Source: Octopus vulgaris (lineage: Eukaryota). Taken from it: DNA of 64,000 bases. Of the stretch, positions 39,425 to 53,329 are shown one piece after another. Numbering within the stretch: position 1 is the first letter of the stretch; every line of letters begins with the position of its first letter. The position numbers and the translations under genes were made by a program. The notes beneath the pieces are model-generated. The model saw only the letters and a list, made by a program, of their open reading frames with translations, did no database searches and was not told the origin of the DNA. The stretch spans positions 104,284,001 to 104,348,000 of the forward strand of contig OX597821.1 in the NCBI GenBank assembly GCA_951406725.2, read 5' to 3'.

Positions 39425-40911
39425 TCGTTGATCGTTTTCACCTATACAGAGAGAGAAAAGAATCAGGGCCAGCGATGAAGCTTCGTTTCATCGCCCTTGA
39501 GAGATATTTTCCCTGCATATTAACACACACCTACAAATATGCGCACATATTTATGATTACTTATGATTGTTTCATTTCTCTATAATATCGACACTAGGAA
39601 GATCTGTGATCGTCTGACCAAGCCGTTTGTATAACAACTAGTAAATGAATCCATACGCGCAGATGTCGATGAATATTTGGTTGCCTACTATGTATATAAT
39701 TACAACATTTCGTCGCAAATAAGGCATACACATGTACATATTTGGTGTATGTATATGCAATATTATTAAATTTTATAATACTAATCGCAATAATTATTGT
39801 CGTTATAAATAGTGTGAGAGATGATCTTTAAACGTTAGATTTGTCTGTTCAACTATAATCTGAGTGTTATACGTATTTCGGGATATAACTATTGAAATTC
39901 AGATGAACTGAATAAATAAAGGCAAATGAAGGTGGTGCGCTGGGAGAAGAGTGAGCTCGCAGGGAGAATTTCTCAGCGCATTGTGTCCATCTTTACTTTC
40001 TGAGTACAAATTCCGCCGTGGTCGACATTGTCTTTTATACTTCGGGGATAAAAAATATCGAACGCTTGAGTTACTGCGTTGTTCCATATTGCTGAGCTTG
40101 TGACAAAAGTTGAAACCGATATAGGATGTTCAATGATTATATATATGCATATAAGTATATATGTAAGTATGTTATGTCAAGTCACTCTACTGGTAACATA
40201 ACACCCATGTAAACCTCTATTGGTAACATATCTCATTGACGGGTTGTCGGCGACTAAACTGACAACCCTACCAAGCTTTATTTGTAAGCTATTGTTGAAC
40301 ATCCTGAAAGCTGAATAGCAAACGCTGTCATGGGGCTGATAATGGCAGTAGATTTAACAGTCGCCCCACAACAGGGAGTGATACCAGTTATTTTTGTTGA
40401 AATATACTTCTAGGAGAAAGGAAACCCCGATGTAACCCCTTCGACATCGTTTGCATCCAGCGAAGTAAATGTGTTCTTTTTCAACAAATGTTAATTATAA
40501 AATTGGAATATCTCTGTATTATGCTTCAATCACTTATAAAAGTCTCAAGTATGTTCATCACCATATTCTTGACGCCTCTATTATGCGATGCATATTAGGG
40601 CTGACTGTAACTGAAAATAGCTAAAACGCGCAATGAAAAATTCCACGAAGGAATGAAGGCATTTGTCAACTTAGGGGTAGTTTTCTGAACGCCTACTATT
40701 AGAGGCGCACGTTGCTCACTATCCGTGCAAGAGTGATTAAGTTCTTAGCAGAACTGAAGGATATATCCATAACACTTTCAGCGAATAACAAAAGAAACGC
40801 ATTGCACGAAATCGTGTTGCATCCAACATATATTTTGCAAATGGTAAACATTTGATTTCTACCCAGGTAGGTACAGTTGTATTCAATTTCAACAGGAAGA
40901 TCATAGATAGT

Positions 40912-41318
40912 TACTCTTTTACTCTTTTTACTCTTTTACCTGTTTCAGTAATTTGACTGTGACCAAGCTAGAGCACTGCCATTAGTCGAGCAAAACGACC
41001 CTAGGGCTTATTCTGTGTAAGCCTAGTGCTTATTCTATCGGTGTCTTTTGCCGAACAGCTCATTTACGGGGCCGTAAACACACCAGCATCGGTTTTCAAG
41101 CGATGTTGGGAGGACAAACAATCACACAAACACACACAAACACACACACACACATATATATATATATACATATACAACGGGTGTCTTTCAGTTTCCGTCT
41201 ACCAAATCCAGTCCGAGGCTATAGTAGAAGACACTTGCCCAAGGTGCCACGCTGTGGGACTGAACCCGGAATCATGTGGTTCGTAAGCAAGCTATTTACC
41301 ACACAGCCGCTCCTACGT
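40912..41318 (-). mobile_element. tRNA-derived SINE, major family
   Basis: Repeated TTACTCTT tail, body, and head GGGACTGAACCCGG..CCACACAGCC. Confidence 0.9.
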
Positions 41319-42399
41319 TACTTTTTCTGATAATTCTAGTAGTTATAAGGCTTTGACGCATCGATTTTGTTTGAATCAACATATCTGCAACAGCTCAACT
41401 TTGTTGCCATCTGTTGAAAGCAATAGCTCATGTGATTTTTACTTTAGAAAATATTAAACCCAATCACAGCTTCGTACTACTATAAGTTAATGCACAATCA
41501 AACATTTTATGTGATCGATTCCAGTGATTTTCCTACAGCATCAACTGTAGTAGGCATAAATGCGATGATCAAAGAAAAATAGGGATTAGCAGACATTATT
41601 CATTCCCTGTGTAAGAAAATAAAATCACCACTCAGCACTTTTACGCGCTAGTTTCCTTTATCAGCTGAAGATAACTAGCACTTTGCTTTCTGGCAGACTT
41701 GATTCTGAGTTGCTATATAAAACATCTAGATAAAAATATCAAGCTTTCGTGGAAAATGATACCAACTGTTAATATAATCATAAAAAGGAAACGTCGGCAT
41801 ATTAAACTATAACTGGCGTCTCTGAGTGCTTTAAATGTATTCAACATCAATAGTGTTAAAGAGCAGTAATTAACAAGATAGCAGTCATTAGCTAGCATTT
41901 CAGAAGAAATTTAATTTTGTTCCAAGTAAACATACTTCTTACCTTTTAATATACTTAAATACAGGAATAATTTTTTTGTTTTTGTTTTGCATATCGATAA
42001 TCGAAGCGTTATAATGTTACTGATGCGATGCGGTGCAGCATTATCTGATAGATATGAAATTTTGAAGCCAATATTATAAAGAGTTTTCACTTCCTGGTCT
42101 TTAGCCAAAGGTCAGACCTATCTGAAAAGAATTATGATACGGTCAATACTGACCATATCAAAATTTTATATTGACATTAGAACTACATCTGCGAACGTAA
42201 ACTTTGCAATACTTTGAGGCGGTAATACTGTATATTAAAGGAATTTGGCTGCTAATTCAACCAGGTCAATCGATTACACATTCATACAATTACACATTTC
42301 TTTCGAAGAACCATTTCTAAAATATCTCAGCAGTACCTTACAGTATGAATACCAATATCACTCGATTCGTTTCACAGTAAGAATTTTCAGTGTATTATT

Positions 42400-42911
42400 T
42401 GTGACCCCTTCGGTCATGAATGGCAATGGGATTGCACCAAGAAAGTTACCCTCCGAGGCACAAGTCTGGGCATAGTTGTTTATGGAAGACCAGCAGTCGC
42501 CCACGCGTACCAGACTCCCCTCTCCACGCCACCGATGCTATCCAAGAGAAAGGTAAAGGCCGATACAGCTTGGCACCAGTGACGTCGCAGCTCATTTATT
42601 AACGTGCAAGTGGCTGAGCACTCCACAAACACGTGTACCCTTAACGTAGTTCTCGGGGAGATTCAACGTGACACAGGATGTGACAAAGCTGGCCCCTTTG
42701 AAATACAGGTACAACAGAAGCAGGAAAAAAGAGTGAGTGAAAGTTGTGGTGAAAGAGTACAGCGGGGTTCACCACCACCCCCTGCCGGCGCCTCGTGGAG
42801 CTTTAGGTGTTTTCGCTCAATAAACACTCACAATGCTCGGTCTGGGAATCGAAACCGCGATCCGACGACCACGAGTCCGCTGCCCTACCACCGGACCATT
42901 GCACCTCCACA
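42400..42911 (-). mobile_element. tRNA-derived SINE (42600-42911) abutting an RTE-type tail fragment (42400-42600)
   Basis: Head homologous to 22547-22622; the RTE-tail call for 42400-42600 is by recollection of RTE/SINE 3' ends only. Confidence 0.7.
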
Positions 42912-43020
42912 GTGTATTATAAGGGTATGTTATAAAACGATATGTACAACCGGATTTTATTTGGTTTTGAAAATGATAAACATGTAAAATATCATTGTTA
43001 TCACCCGCAGATTAATATAG

Positions 43021-43412
43021 CTTTTTATATAAAAGTCAAGTTGTATGTCTGTCTCCTACGATTTAGATTCCTAACTACTCCCACATTTTGCGGTGCAGTT
43101 TAACCAAAACCGGGTATCTTATAGTCGTGATTTATATCGAGCCCTTCTGGGTATTAGCGCGCGTCTACGATGAGTCTACGATTTTAAAAATAATTTACCA
43201 TCATGTTTCCCCATTTTAATGCATTTTTTCGATATTATATAAGGGACGTAACTCTCTAAAAATGTCTACGATGAGTCAACGATTTAAAAAAAAAATTACA
43301 ATCATATTTTTCCCATTTAATGCATTTTCTTGCTATTTTTTGGCTATAACTCTAAAAATGCTTTATAGTTATTTCCCTTACAAACCCGAGCAACGCCGGG
43401 AGATACTGCTAG
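43021..43412 (+). mobile_element. Non-autonomous Helitron-like element
   Basis: 3' GC hairpin CCCGAGCAACGCCGGG followed by CTAG|T; last ~110 bp shared with 56370-56482. Confidence 0.75.
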
Positions 43413-44016
43413 TTTCTGTATATAATTCAACATCCGTAACGTTTAGATGCTATTTTTGTGCCTCCATTGTTAAAGTGTTTTCTGTTACTTCATTCTCCCG
43501 TCAGTGTATTTTAATCGAGTGTGTTTTATTCCAAGATGACTTTTTTCCTATAACTAACTACAGAATAAAACCTAGCGGAATCGGATATTATTTCGCTTTC
43601 TTTTAATACTTGCAAACATTCTCGAATGTGAGAAAGTACGACTTACTGCAGAGATGCTACCAATTCAATAATTTTTAACTTCCATTCGGTGTTTATAGAG
43701 TTTCTTTTTTCATTTTCTTTTTACATCAAACACAGATAAAGATACTGAAAATAATCGTTTGTAATCTGTTAGAGATACATTGATAAACGATGCATAATTA
43801 TGTGACATCAATATAGAGATCAGTAAGGACAAATACATTATCCTTATTCATTTCCATTCATTCTCAACCCAATATCTAAACGATTTAGATCTTATTATAT
43901 TGTATCAAAACATATAGAAAACCACATGTAGCGTATATACGCACATAAAAATAACATCACATTCCCCAAATTGGCTTACGCCCATATATACGTTGCCCTC
44001 TCTCCCTCCCTCCCCC

Positions 44017-44053
<37 letters not shown>

Positions 44054-44270
44054 CGTATGTATGTATGTATGTATGTATGTATATATGAGTGAAAATTATA
44101 AATACTATATCTGACAAATTCGCAATTTTACAACCTAAAGACAGAATTATAGACTTCACTAAAGTGACAAAGGGTCCTAATTAGCACCAGTAATATTAGA
44201 AAAATGTTTCGGTTCCTCTTTCTAGCAATTTCAGTCCTGATCATTGGCCTTTTCCAATCTAGTCACGTCG

Positions 44271-44311
<41 letters not shown>

Positions 44312-44342
44312 CATCTCTCCCTCTCTCTCTCTCTCTCTCTCT

Positions 44343-44377
<35 letters not shown>

Positions 44378-44383
44378 TATATA

Positions 44384-44815
44384 TAGGCACAAGATTGGAG
44401 ATGTGGGAAGAAGCTCGCTCTCCAACCACATGTTTCCGGGTTCAGTCCTACTGCGTCGCAACTTGGGCATATATATGCATACATACCACGGGCTTCTTTC
44501 AATTTCCGTCTAACACATCCCCTCACAAGACATTGGTCAGCCCGAGATTATAGTAGAATACACTTGCCCAAGTTGCGACAGATATATATATATATATATA
44601 TATATATGTCTGTGTGTATGTATGTATGTATATGTATGTATGAATTTGTCTCCCCACCAACCCATGTTAGTGTGCTTATGTCTCCGTAACCTGGCGGTTA
44701 ACCATAAAGAGACCTATCGAATACGTGCTAGGTTTACAAAGAATAAGTTCTAGAGACGATTGTGCAACCAAATGCGGTGCTCCAGTATGAGTGAAAGAAG
44801 TAAAAGAATAAAAAA
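44384..44815 (+). mobile_element. tRNA-derived SINE, major family, with internal inversion
   Basis: Head and tail are on the plus strand; 44470-44579 is inverted. Confidence 0.75.
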
Positions 44816-45327
44816 AATGAATAAAAGAATATGTATTTATACTTGCATATGCACATACATAAACAAACAAACACCGGCACATTTGCATACCTGAATATAC
44901 TCGCACGTATATATAGACATTGTATTTTAAATTTAGTTATCGTAACATATTTAGAACATTTAGTTTTAAATAAATGACCTAATTTAAAAAATACACAAAG
45001 TTAGTCAGTAAAACATTTAAATTATTCGGACGAGTGCCTGTGGTATTTCTTGACACAATCGTCTGTTATGTACGTTCATCATCGTCTTAGAAACTTCTCT
45101 ATAATTAATGATGAAGAATTAACCATTCTGTTGATTATTCGAGTGTACAAAAATTGTCTGAGAATTTGCATATGTTTCAAGAAATTATTTTAGATTTATT
45201 TCCAACTGTCTATAAATTATCTATAGTATTATTATTTTTTTTTTTGGTATTTGATTTGGATTATCTAAATTTGGATTTCGTATCTCGTTATAACATCTTA
45301 GGTTTTCCACCATTTGGAATTATTTTT

Positions 45328-45948
45328 ATATATTTCACAAATATTCTAATGTGTCTTCATAGGATAGAAACATATTTGTGTGCTGCAGCAACCGTCTACA
45401 CTTAGCGTTGTTTTAAGTTTGAACTATTTTCACAGCATCCTGTTGGTGTATTGTCATTTACCATACGGATGGTTCAAATAATATATGTGTGCGAAATATG
45501 TAAGGCTTAATCTTCTCGAAGCGTAAACCTTATTTGTCAGATATAATCTGACGTTTTACAATACGACCAGGGCCTGGCATCTTTAGCAGAGTTCACATTG
45601 TTGAGTTCAGCAATGTCAGGTCTCCTGTCAAAAATCATTTTTATCGTTTCTTCGTACTAATACTGGAGGGTATGAACAGAACAAAAACGAACATGAACGA
45701 CGCAGTCAAATCCTACAAATAATACCCTTCGGTAGATTACCGAGGTTTGTGTTTGCTTCGAGAAGATTAAGCCTTACATATTTCGCACACATATATTATT
45801 TGAACCATCCGTATGGTAAATGACAACACACCAACAGGATGCTGTGCAAATAGTTCAAACTTGAAACAACGCTAAGTGTAGACGGTTGCTGCAGCACACA
45901 AATATGTTTCTACCCTATGAAGACACTTTAGAATATTTGTGAAATATA
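45328..45948. repeat. ~200-bp inverted repeat with ~215-bp spacer (foldback/MITE-like)
   Basis: 45328-45530 is the near-perfect reverse complement of 45743-45948. Confidence 0.9.
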
Positions 45949-47319
45949 TCTAAATAGTGGCTAAATGTAGTTTCATTATATATTTGAGGTTTATTGTTTA
46001 AAATTTGTTGTCGTTCTTTATCCAGGTGAGTGCACAAATGATCAAACATATTCCATCTCTGATCGTACTGGAATCTTACAGTGATTATAGAATCATTTCC
46101 TTCTACATTTGAGGTATGATATAACAGCAGTTTGACTACTATTTCTAGTTTATCGTCTGACAAATAAAGGCTTCTTTCTATGGTCTGTGATGATAACATC
46201 GATCGTTTCCGACTCACGGTCATAATGTCTTCAGTTAAATTACTAAACTGAGTGGCATGTTGTGTCCCTGAGCAAGGCGGTTGATGCCACATTGCTCCAG
46301 TCAACCCAACGGGAAATGAGTGCACGTGGTGCTCTCTGACCTCTCAGCTGTCACATACTGCATATACACCAGGGTCAAGAGGTTAGAGACTAGAGATTTT
46401 GTCTATGCCTGCTTGCTTTTCGAATGGTACCTATAACAATTAGTAGGAGCGTGGTACGTATTCTGAAGCCATGCAGTTCGGCAAGTGGCGGTTCACTCTT
46501 TAGAAATATGACATATTGAAATACTTGCGCGCATTCAAAGGATAACATTGAATAATGGTTTTGTTTACATGTTTTTTACTCGTTTTCCAGAGTGTATCCT
46601 AAAAACGAATCCCATTTGAAGAAATCATACTTTAATATTCCCTTATTCTCCGCAAATAAAAAGTAACAGAAAGTAAATTTCTCATCGTATACAAGCATGC
46701 AATTTTGAATTCATTGTTAACAATCACAAAGCAAAGACAAGTACATACAGAAGCGAACACAGAAACACACACACACGCGCTCGCGCGCGCCTACTTTTAG
46801 TTAGAGGATAAATGCGTGAAGTGTTTAGTTGCGCTTCTTTTTCTCACTCTTCAGCTTAGATTCATTAATGTAAGTATCATTTTTCCTTCGTTCCTTTTCT
46901 TCTCTATTGCACGCATATCACTTCATCATATCTATTAAAGATACAGGAAGTACAGAACAAAGAAATAACAGCAATACCCTGAATAGAGAATACTTTTAGA
47001 AGCATCCAGCGAGCAAAAGTAAATGCGTCCTAGATAAACATGTATCCAAAAGAATTTTCAGGTTTCCTTCCAAAGATTTCTTTAAAGATATTATTCTGAA
47101 TCTCATTCAGCTGTAAAATTATTCATCGATTTGGCGGTCTTCATAATTGTCTTTCGTTTCTTAATTTAAACATCATCATCGGAACCCGCTTTCCGATCGT
47201 GGTTTAATTTTCTCTGCTAAGAAAAAAATTGAAAAAAAATGTGTTTTGGTTGCTGATATAGACTTTGAGAATATTAGAAAAACAATCATTGAAATCCTCT
47301 CAACGATAAACCTGTGTAG

Positions 47320-48577
47320 TATTGGGTCATCCCATAAACAAAGTGGTTTTTCAATTGCATGAACTAAGAGTGGGAGTTATAAACTACCTGCGTCCACTTT
47401 CTATAAAAGCAGGTAGTAATTTTATTGCAAGTTTTGAAGAGTGTATTTCAATTTTGAGAGTTAGTTTTTGAAAGTTCTGATTGAAGTGACGACGGAACAT
47501 ATTCGGCATGTTTTGCTTTATGAGTGTAATAAAATCAACCAGGCAACAGAAAGTACAATATTAATCCAGTGTAAGGGGATCGGGCAATAACGTGTAAGCA
47601 AGTGTCAACGGTGGTTCCAAAAATTCCAGACGGAAACTATACCCAAGAAGACGAACCCCGTCCTGGAAGATAGGTAGATCTCGATGAGGACGTCTTGCAA
47701 AATTTGGTGGAAAAAATCTCATCGTAACTGTTGAGGAACTAGAAAGGAAGCTTCGATTTGGTTATTCAACCATTCAGCGACACCTGCGTGCCATCGGCAA
47801 AGTCAACAAATTGGGTCAATGAGTTCCTGACAAACTTCCCCAGTCTAATCGCGCGCAGTGAGTAAATGTAAGCTCCTCTTTGAAGTTACGTCTCACGAAT
47901 GTTCCCTTTATGCACCGAACAATGACTGATGACCAGAAATGGATTCACTATAAAAATGTCAAGCACCGAGGACAGTAGGTAGGAGAAACAGCGTCACCCC
48001 AGGCTAAAGAATGTCTTCACCCACGCAAGGTGCTATTATCTGTTTGGTGGGATATGAAAAGTTTAGTCCACTTTGAACTTTGAAACCCAAACCAAACAAT
48101 AACACAGGAGATCTACTGCAAGCAGCTTGAGTAGCTTAAGTTAGCGCTAGAAAGAAAAAAACGACCATCTTCGGTTTCAAGACGAAAGGTGTGCTTCCAT
48201 CAGGATAATGCTCAACCACATACAGCGAGGATGACATTCCAAAGACTGGAGCAGTTTGAATGCAAAACGATACCCCACCCAACTTATTCGCCAGACATTG
48301 CTCCATCTGATTATTATTTGTTCCGAAGTCTTCAAAATCATTTGGACGGAAGAAATATGAATTCTGTTGACGAGATCAGAACGGTACTGGTGTATTTTTC
48401 GCCACGGGCAAATTAATTTTGGAAGAGGGATCTTGCAAATCTACCAGAGAGATGTAAGAGAACTGTAGAAAATGGATTAAGGCATATTTTAGATTACAAA
48501 AAAAAAAAATCTTAGTTTATCTTAATTTTGAAAATTAAAAGAAGTATAGAAAAATCACATTATGGGATGACTTAATA
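47320..48577 (+). mobile_element. Full-length mariner (DD34D-type) with pseudogenised transposase
   Basis: TIRs TATTGGGTCATCCCATAA / TTATGGGATGACTTAATA; motifs TDDQKWIHY, HQDNAQPH, YSPDIAPSDYYLF; several stops and frameshifts; ~1.26 kb. Confidence 0.95.
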
Positions 48578-49687
48578 CATCATTATAATATCCGCATAGA
48601 TTATCGTCAATTTCAAGAACTTATATTCTAGAGTACACGCTTCCTCATTTTTATTGTTCTACATTATACTTTCTTTGTGTTAACGCGATTCTTTCAGTTT
48701 TGTTTATTTATTCCATATTTAATGCAAAATCGATTTCCTGCGCCCATGTTATCCCTTTATTTTTGTCTGAATGGACATATGCTTAATGTAAAGTGTAAAT
48801 ATGTCTCTCATCGATTTCATCTATAAATATTACGTCTCTTCTATAAAAGGAATTAACTTGCCGTTTGATTGTATCGTCAGCAACTAAGACACATCTATTA
48901 TTAACATAATCTCTAGGCAGTTGCACCGAGATATGTTTCAAGCATCCTAAAATAGCATATGATTTGTTATTACAGAGGTGCTTCTTTGGAAACTGAGTTG
49001 TTATTGAAATATATGTTAGTGGCGCAGGCAAGGGAATGACACACAGCGGAGGAATTTAGCATTGAAAACATTACAATGATCAAGTTTCCTAATTCTAAAA
49101 GCATGTTAAGAGATTGCAGTAACACAGGATAATTTTTCTGAAAGTCAGAGACAACGTAGGAATACATAACAATTTTGACACTACTAAAACACTGAAGAGA
49201 GATGATGATGCTGTTTAAATTAGGTGATGAGAGGCATTTCTATTAGCCGACAAATCAGTAATCGATATTGTAGCTGAAACTGCTTTGAAGTAATCATTTC
49301 CAATGAAGTTTGGCTTTTTGCAAGGAAATCAGAACGTTTCATAGGATACATTAGGCACCTTTTTTAGGCAACATTTTTTGTTTATGTTTTCTGTTTTATC
49401 ACGTCCGTATACTATATTAATGCTGTTGCTGGTCCTATGCAACAAAGCTATACAGTCTTGTCGTTAACTGAGTAGTCATTTCGTCTACAGCTCTGTCTAC
49501 ATATATACGAGATTTAATAATTAATGTACATTTGACTGTAACGTGAAATCCAATAAAACAAGCATCCACGAATCATCGCTCACGAAACAATAAACCAAAC
49601 GTATTCTGCTTCGTGGAAGCAAAACTTGCTCATAGGCAGCTGAACCCATGAACATCAGTGACTATGTAATAAGGTTTGTGTATATAT

Positions 49688-50012
49688 ACTCTTTACTCTT
49701 TTACTTGCTTCAGTCATTTGACTGTGCCCATGATGGAGCACCGCATTTAGTCGAGCAAATTGACCCCAGGACTTATTCTTTGTAAATCTAGTACTTATTA
49801 TATCGGTCTCTTTTGCCGAACCGCTAAATTACAGGGACGTAAAAACACCAACATCGGTTGTCAAGCGATGTTGGGGGGACAAACACAGACACACAAACAC
49901 ATACACACATATATATACATATATACGACGGGCTTCTCTCAGTTTCCGTCTACCAAATCCACTCACAAGGCTTTGGTCGGCCCGAGGCTATAGTAGAGAC
50001 ACATACCCAAAG
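49688..50012 (-). mobile_element. tRNA-derived SINE, major family, head truncated
   Basis: Same tail and body as 40912-41318. Confidence 0.9.
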
Positions 50013-50052
50013 TATACATACACTTTATTGAAAAGCAGCAGAAATATCACAA

Positions 50053-50096
50053 AAACTGTTACTCAGAGTTACACTTTCCCGTTTCTCGGACAGTTT
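50053..50096 (-). ncRNA. Degenerate hammerhead-like motif
   Basis: Reverse complement: AAACTGT-CCGAGAA-ACGGGAAAGT-GTAA-CTCTGAG-TA-ACAGTTT; 7-bp stem I and stem III intact, core mutated. Confidence 0.45.
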
Positions 50097-51590
50097 ATAC
50101 CTCTATATGCATATTGGATGCGTCCTTCAGACTTTTGCAGACACTTGCATTCATTTCGTTTTGTTTGTTACTAGTTTTATCGCTTCTGTGATTTAGACAG
50201 TTTTATTCTATCATCCAAGAATTTTTTTACTATGTTGTGTAATGTATTCTTGCGTTTTGAGCAATATTTTTGTTTCTTTTTCAAGTCAATTGTGAGGTCT
50301 CTCGTAAATGCTATTGATAACATGAAATCTATTGCAATGGTCGGGTCGACGCTGACTACACCGGCAACCTGACAATGCTTGCCTGGTGAGGAGGATTGCT
50401 TGAAACTCAACAATACCTGTCAAACGGAAAGATGGACCTAGTGATGGCTCATCAATTATCTAGCAATAACGCAAGGCATCAGAAATTCCGCGTTGCTGTC
50501 CTGAGAGCTGGAAGGCCATCTCTTAGGTTTTGGTAAGAGTCTTGCTTCAGCAAAAGCATGGCTCTAGAACCAACTTCATACCCAGGCTACGTCTAATCCG
50601 ATAATCAGTGGAGACTCGGTCGGCGAATCCTTTGTGACAGCCGATAATCGAGGGCAAGATTAGCTGCTATGGATCACACTATCCCATATTGGCTGTGCAT
50701 GTGATCGTGGACTACGTGTGAACCTGTATGCTCACTGAAACTTCGAATACGAACGCTGTTCCTCAACAGCAAATGTCAACTACGCCATTGATCTGGATTC
50801 ATGAGGGTGGGGGTGAAGTCGTTGGTTGGAGCTTTCTCAAACCTACCCAGGAGAATTCCATCGCAAGTACAAGGACAAATTGGTATTTTCTTCTATACAA
50901 GAAACTTATGATAACTTATTGCAAACTTTTTGTAGCACAAACGTTCGCTACTTATTTTACCTGCATCAACGACATACCGACGCAACTGCAGAATGATTTT
51001 CTCGTGAACAAAAAGGCAAGCCGTAGTAGATTTCAGCAAGCCCAATTTTCTAGGCGTCTGTGTGATTTCTTTTTCAATGTCTAGATGATGCCTTTAACTG
51101 GCCGTAACGTGGTCATTGTCTGTTGAATAAGACGTTAAAAAAGGGTGAATTAGAACAACTCAAAGTGAAAACAAAGATTTCTCCGAGAATAGGCTAACTG
51201 CGTTGTGTGATGTTCTGATGGCGCTTGGTCCGAAATGCAAAGGGTAAGTCTTCTAGCATTTTCAAATTTATAATTCGCGGAATTTTATGTTGACAAAGGA
51301 AATGAATTTTTATAATTCTAATCCAGAAACGCGTCCATAATTAATCGAAGCCAGTTTGATTTCATTATTTTCCTTCTTTTTGCCTCTGTGAGTTACAGTG
51401 TTATGTGTGGAGGCATATTTTGTAGCGAATAGAAATAACGGTGTTTTGGCTGCTATTTCTAATTTTTTCGGTATGTGGTTAAGCAACTTGTTGCCAAACC
51501 ATTGATTATTGTTATAATTATATATAAAACTTTTTACCCTATATCTATAAAGCATATATATATACATATATATATATGTATGTATATATA

Positions 51591-51692
<102 letters not shown>

Positions 51693-51914
51693 TTGTTTGT
51701 GTGTGTGCCTGTCTGTTATCCCACTATCGGTTGACAACCGATGTTCGTATGTTTACGTCTCTGTAACTTAGTAGATGTAAGAGTATTATAGAATCTGGAG
51801 AGTACCTTTTTAAATTCAAAAAGAACATTATTAATCTTAATTCTGAAAAATAAATGAGGTATGAAAACCCGCATTATTTACGGGATGGCACAATGTATGT
51901 TGTGTATGCTTCCA

Positions 51915-52050
51915 TGAAATTCACCCACAAATATTTGGTCGGCCTGAGCCGATAGTAGAATGCACTTTCCCATGTTACCACGCAGTCGGACTGAACCCAC
52001 AACCATGTGGTTGTGAAACAAGTTTCCTTCCACTCAGGTACACCTGAGCC
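51915..52050 (-). mobile_element. SINE head fragment, major family
   Basis: GGACTGAACCC..AACCATGTGGTTG matches the family head. Confidence 0.7.
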
Positions 52051-52668
52051 AATATCTATGCATGACTCTTTGAATGGAGGTATGTAGATATACATGTATG
52101 CATGTATCTATGTATGTATGGATGGATAGATGAAGGGAAGTAGGGAATGATGTATGTATGTGTGCATGGATGGATGAATGGATGGATGGATTGATGAATG
52201 AGTGAAGGTACTTCATAAACAGGTTGTGATATAGTAGATCTTTAGGCTGACAAGAAGTTATATGTTTCTACATTCGGATTCTTGCGATTGCTTTTTTAAA
52301 AAATAGTTTTGTAAATATCAGCACATGATAAAAGTGATTTTTAATTAAATATTGCCTGAGTCGAATAGAAAATAACAAAGAGAGCGGAAGTGAGAAGGTA
52401 TGAAATATGGTATGAGATAAATCAGAACAACAAACATGAGAAATGAGTAATTTTGAAAAAAAGCAATCTACAGAATATATATGTATGGCTCTGAGTAAAG
52501 GTTACAGAGATATATCAGGTGTAATATTTTATGCTGTGGTTGAAAATAAGGATGTCATGTTCATGATTTAAAATGGATGTAATGTGTTTTAAAGTAACGT
52601 ATCAGTAAAAGATTATAAATCATGGTGGGAAATATATTGTTATTGAAAAATTGAATCCCAAACAACTA

Positions 52669-52743
<75 letters not shown>

Positions 52744-53329
52744 ATATATATATATATATTCATATCTATATATATATATATATAAATATATATACACAAA
52801 CATATATATGCATATATAGACACATATATATCTATACATATATACATACACACATGTATATAGATACATATATATTTAAAGATATGCATATACATGCAAA
52901 TATATATATGTATATACACACACATATATATACATATATTTATATATATATAAACACACACAACCCTCCATATATGTATGTACATACATTCCCCGACGTC
53001 TTTATGCTGTTTAACTCGTTTCAGTCATTGAAATGCGATCATGCGGGGACACGTTAATTACTATTTTAGTGCGGAAAATCGCATCGATTGGATATATATC
53101 ATATTAGGTAAAACATTGTGTAGTTTTGGAACACAAACAAAAGAACACTTTTCGTCAAACAGTAAGAAACAAACGCATAGATAGTGACGCATGTGCAGAG
53201 AAGTAGAGATATATTTATTCATACGTAGCTATCACGTACATCTCATATGCATGCATATATATATATATATATGGAATTATAATTCCATACATTGTGTATG
53301 CTTTCGGTATTATATATATATATATATAT

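Noticed and set aside
50330-50860. GC-richer segment resembling a LINE 5' region
   Set aside because: No diagnostic motif could be read; family unassignable without a search
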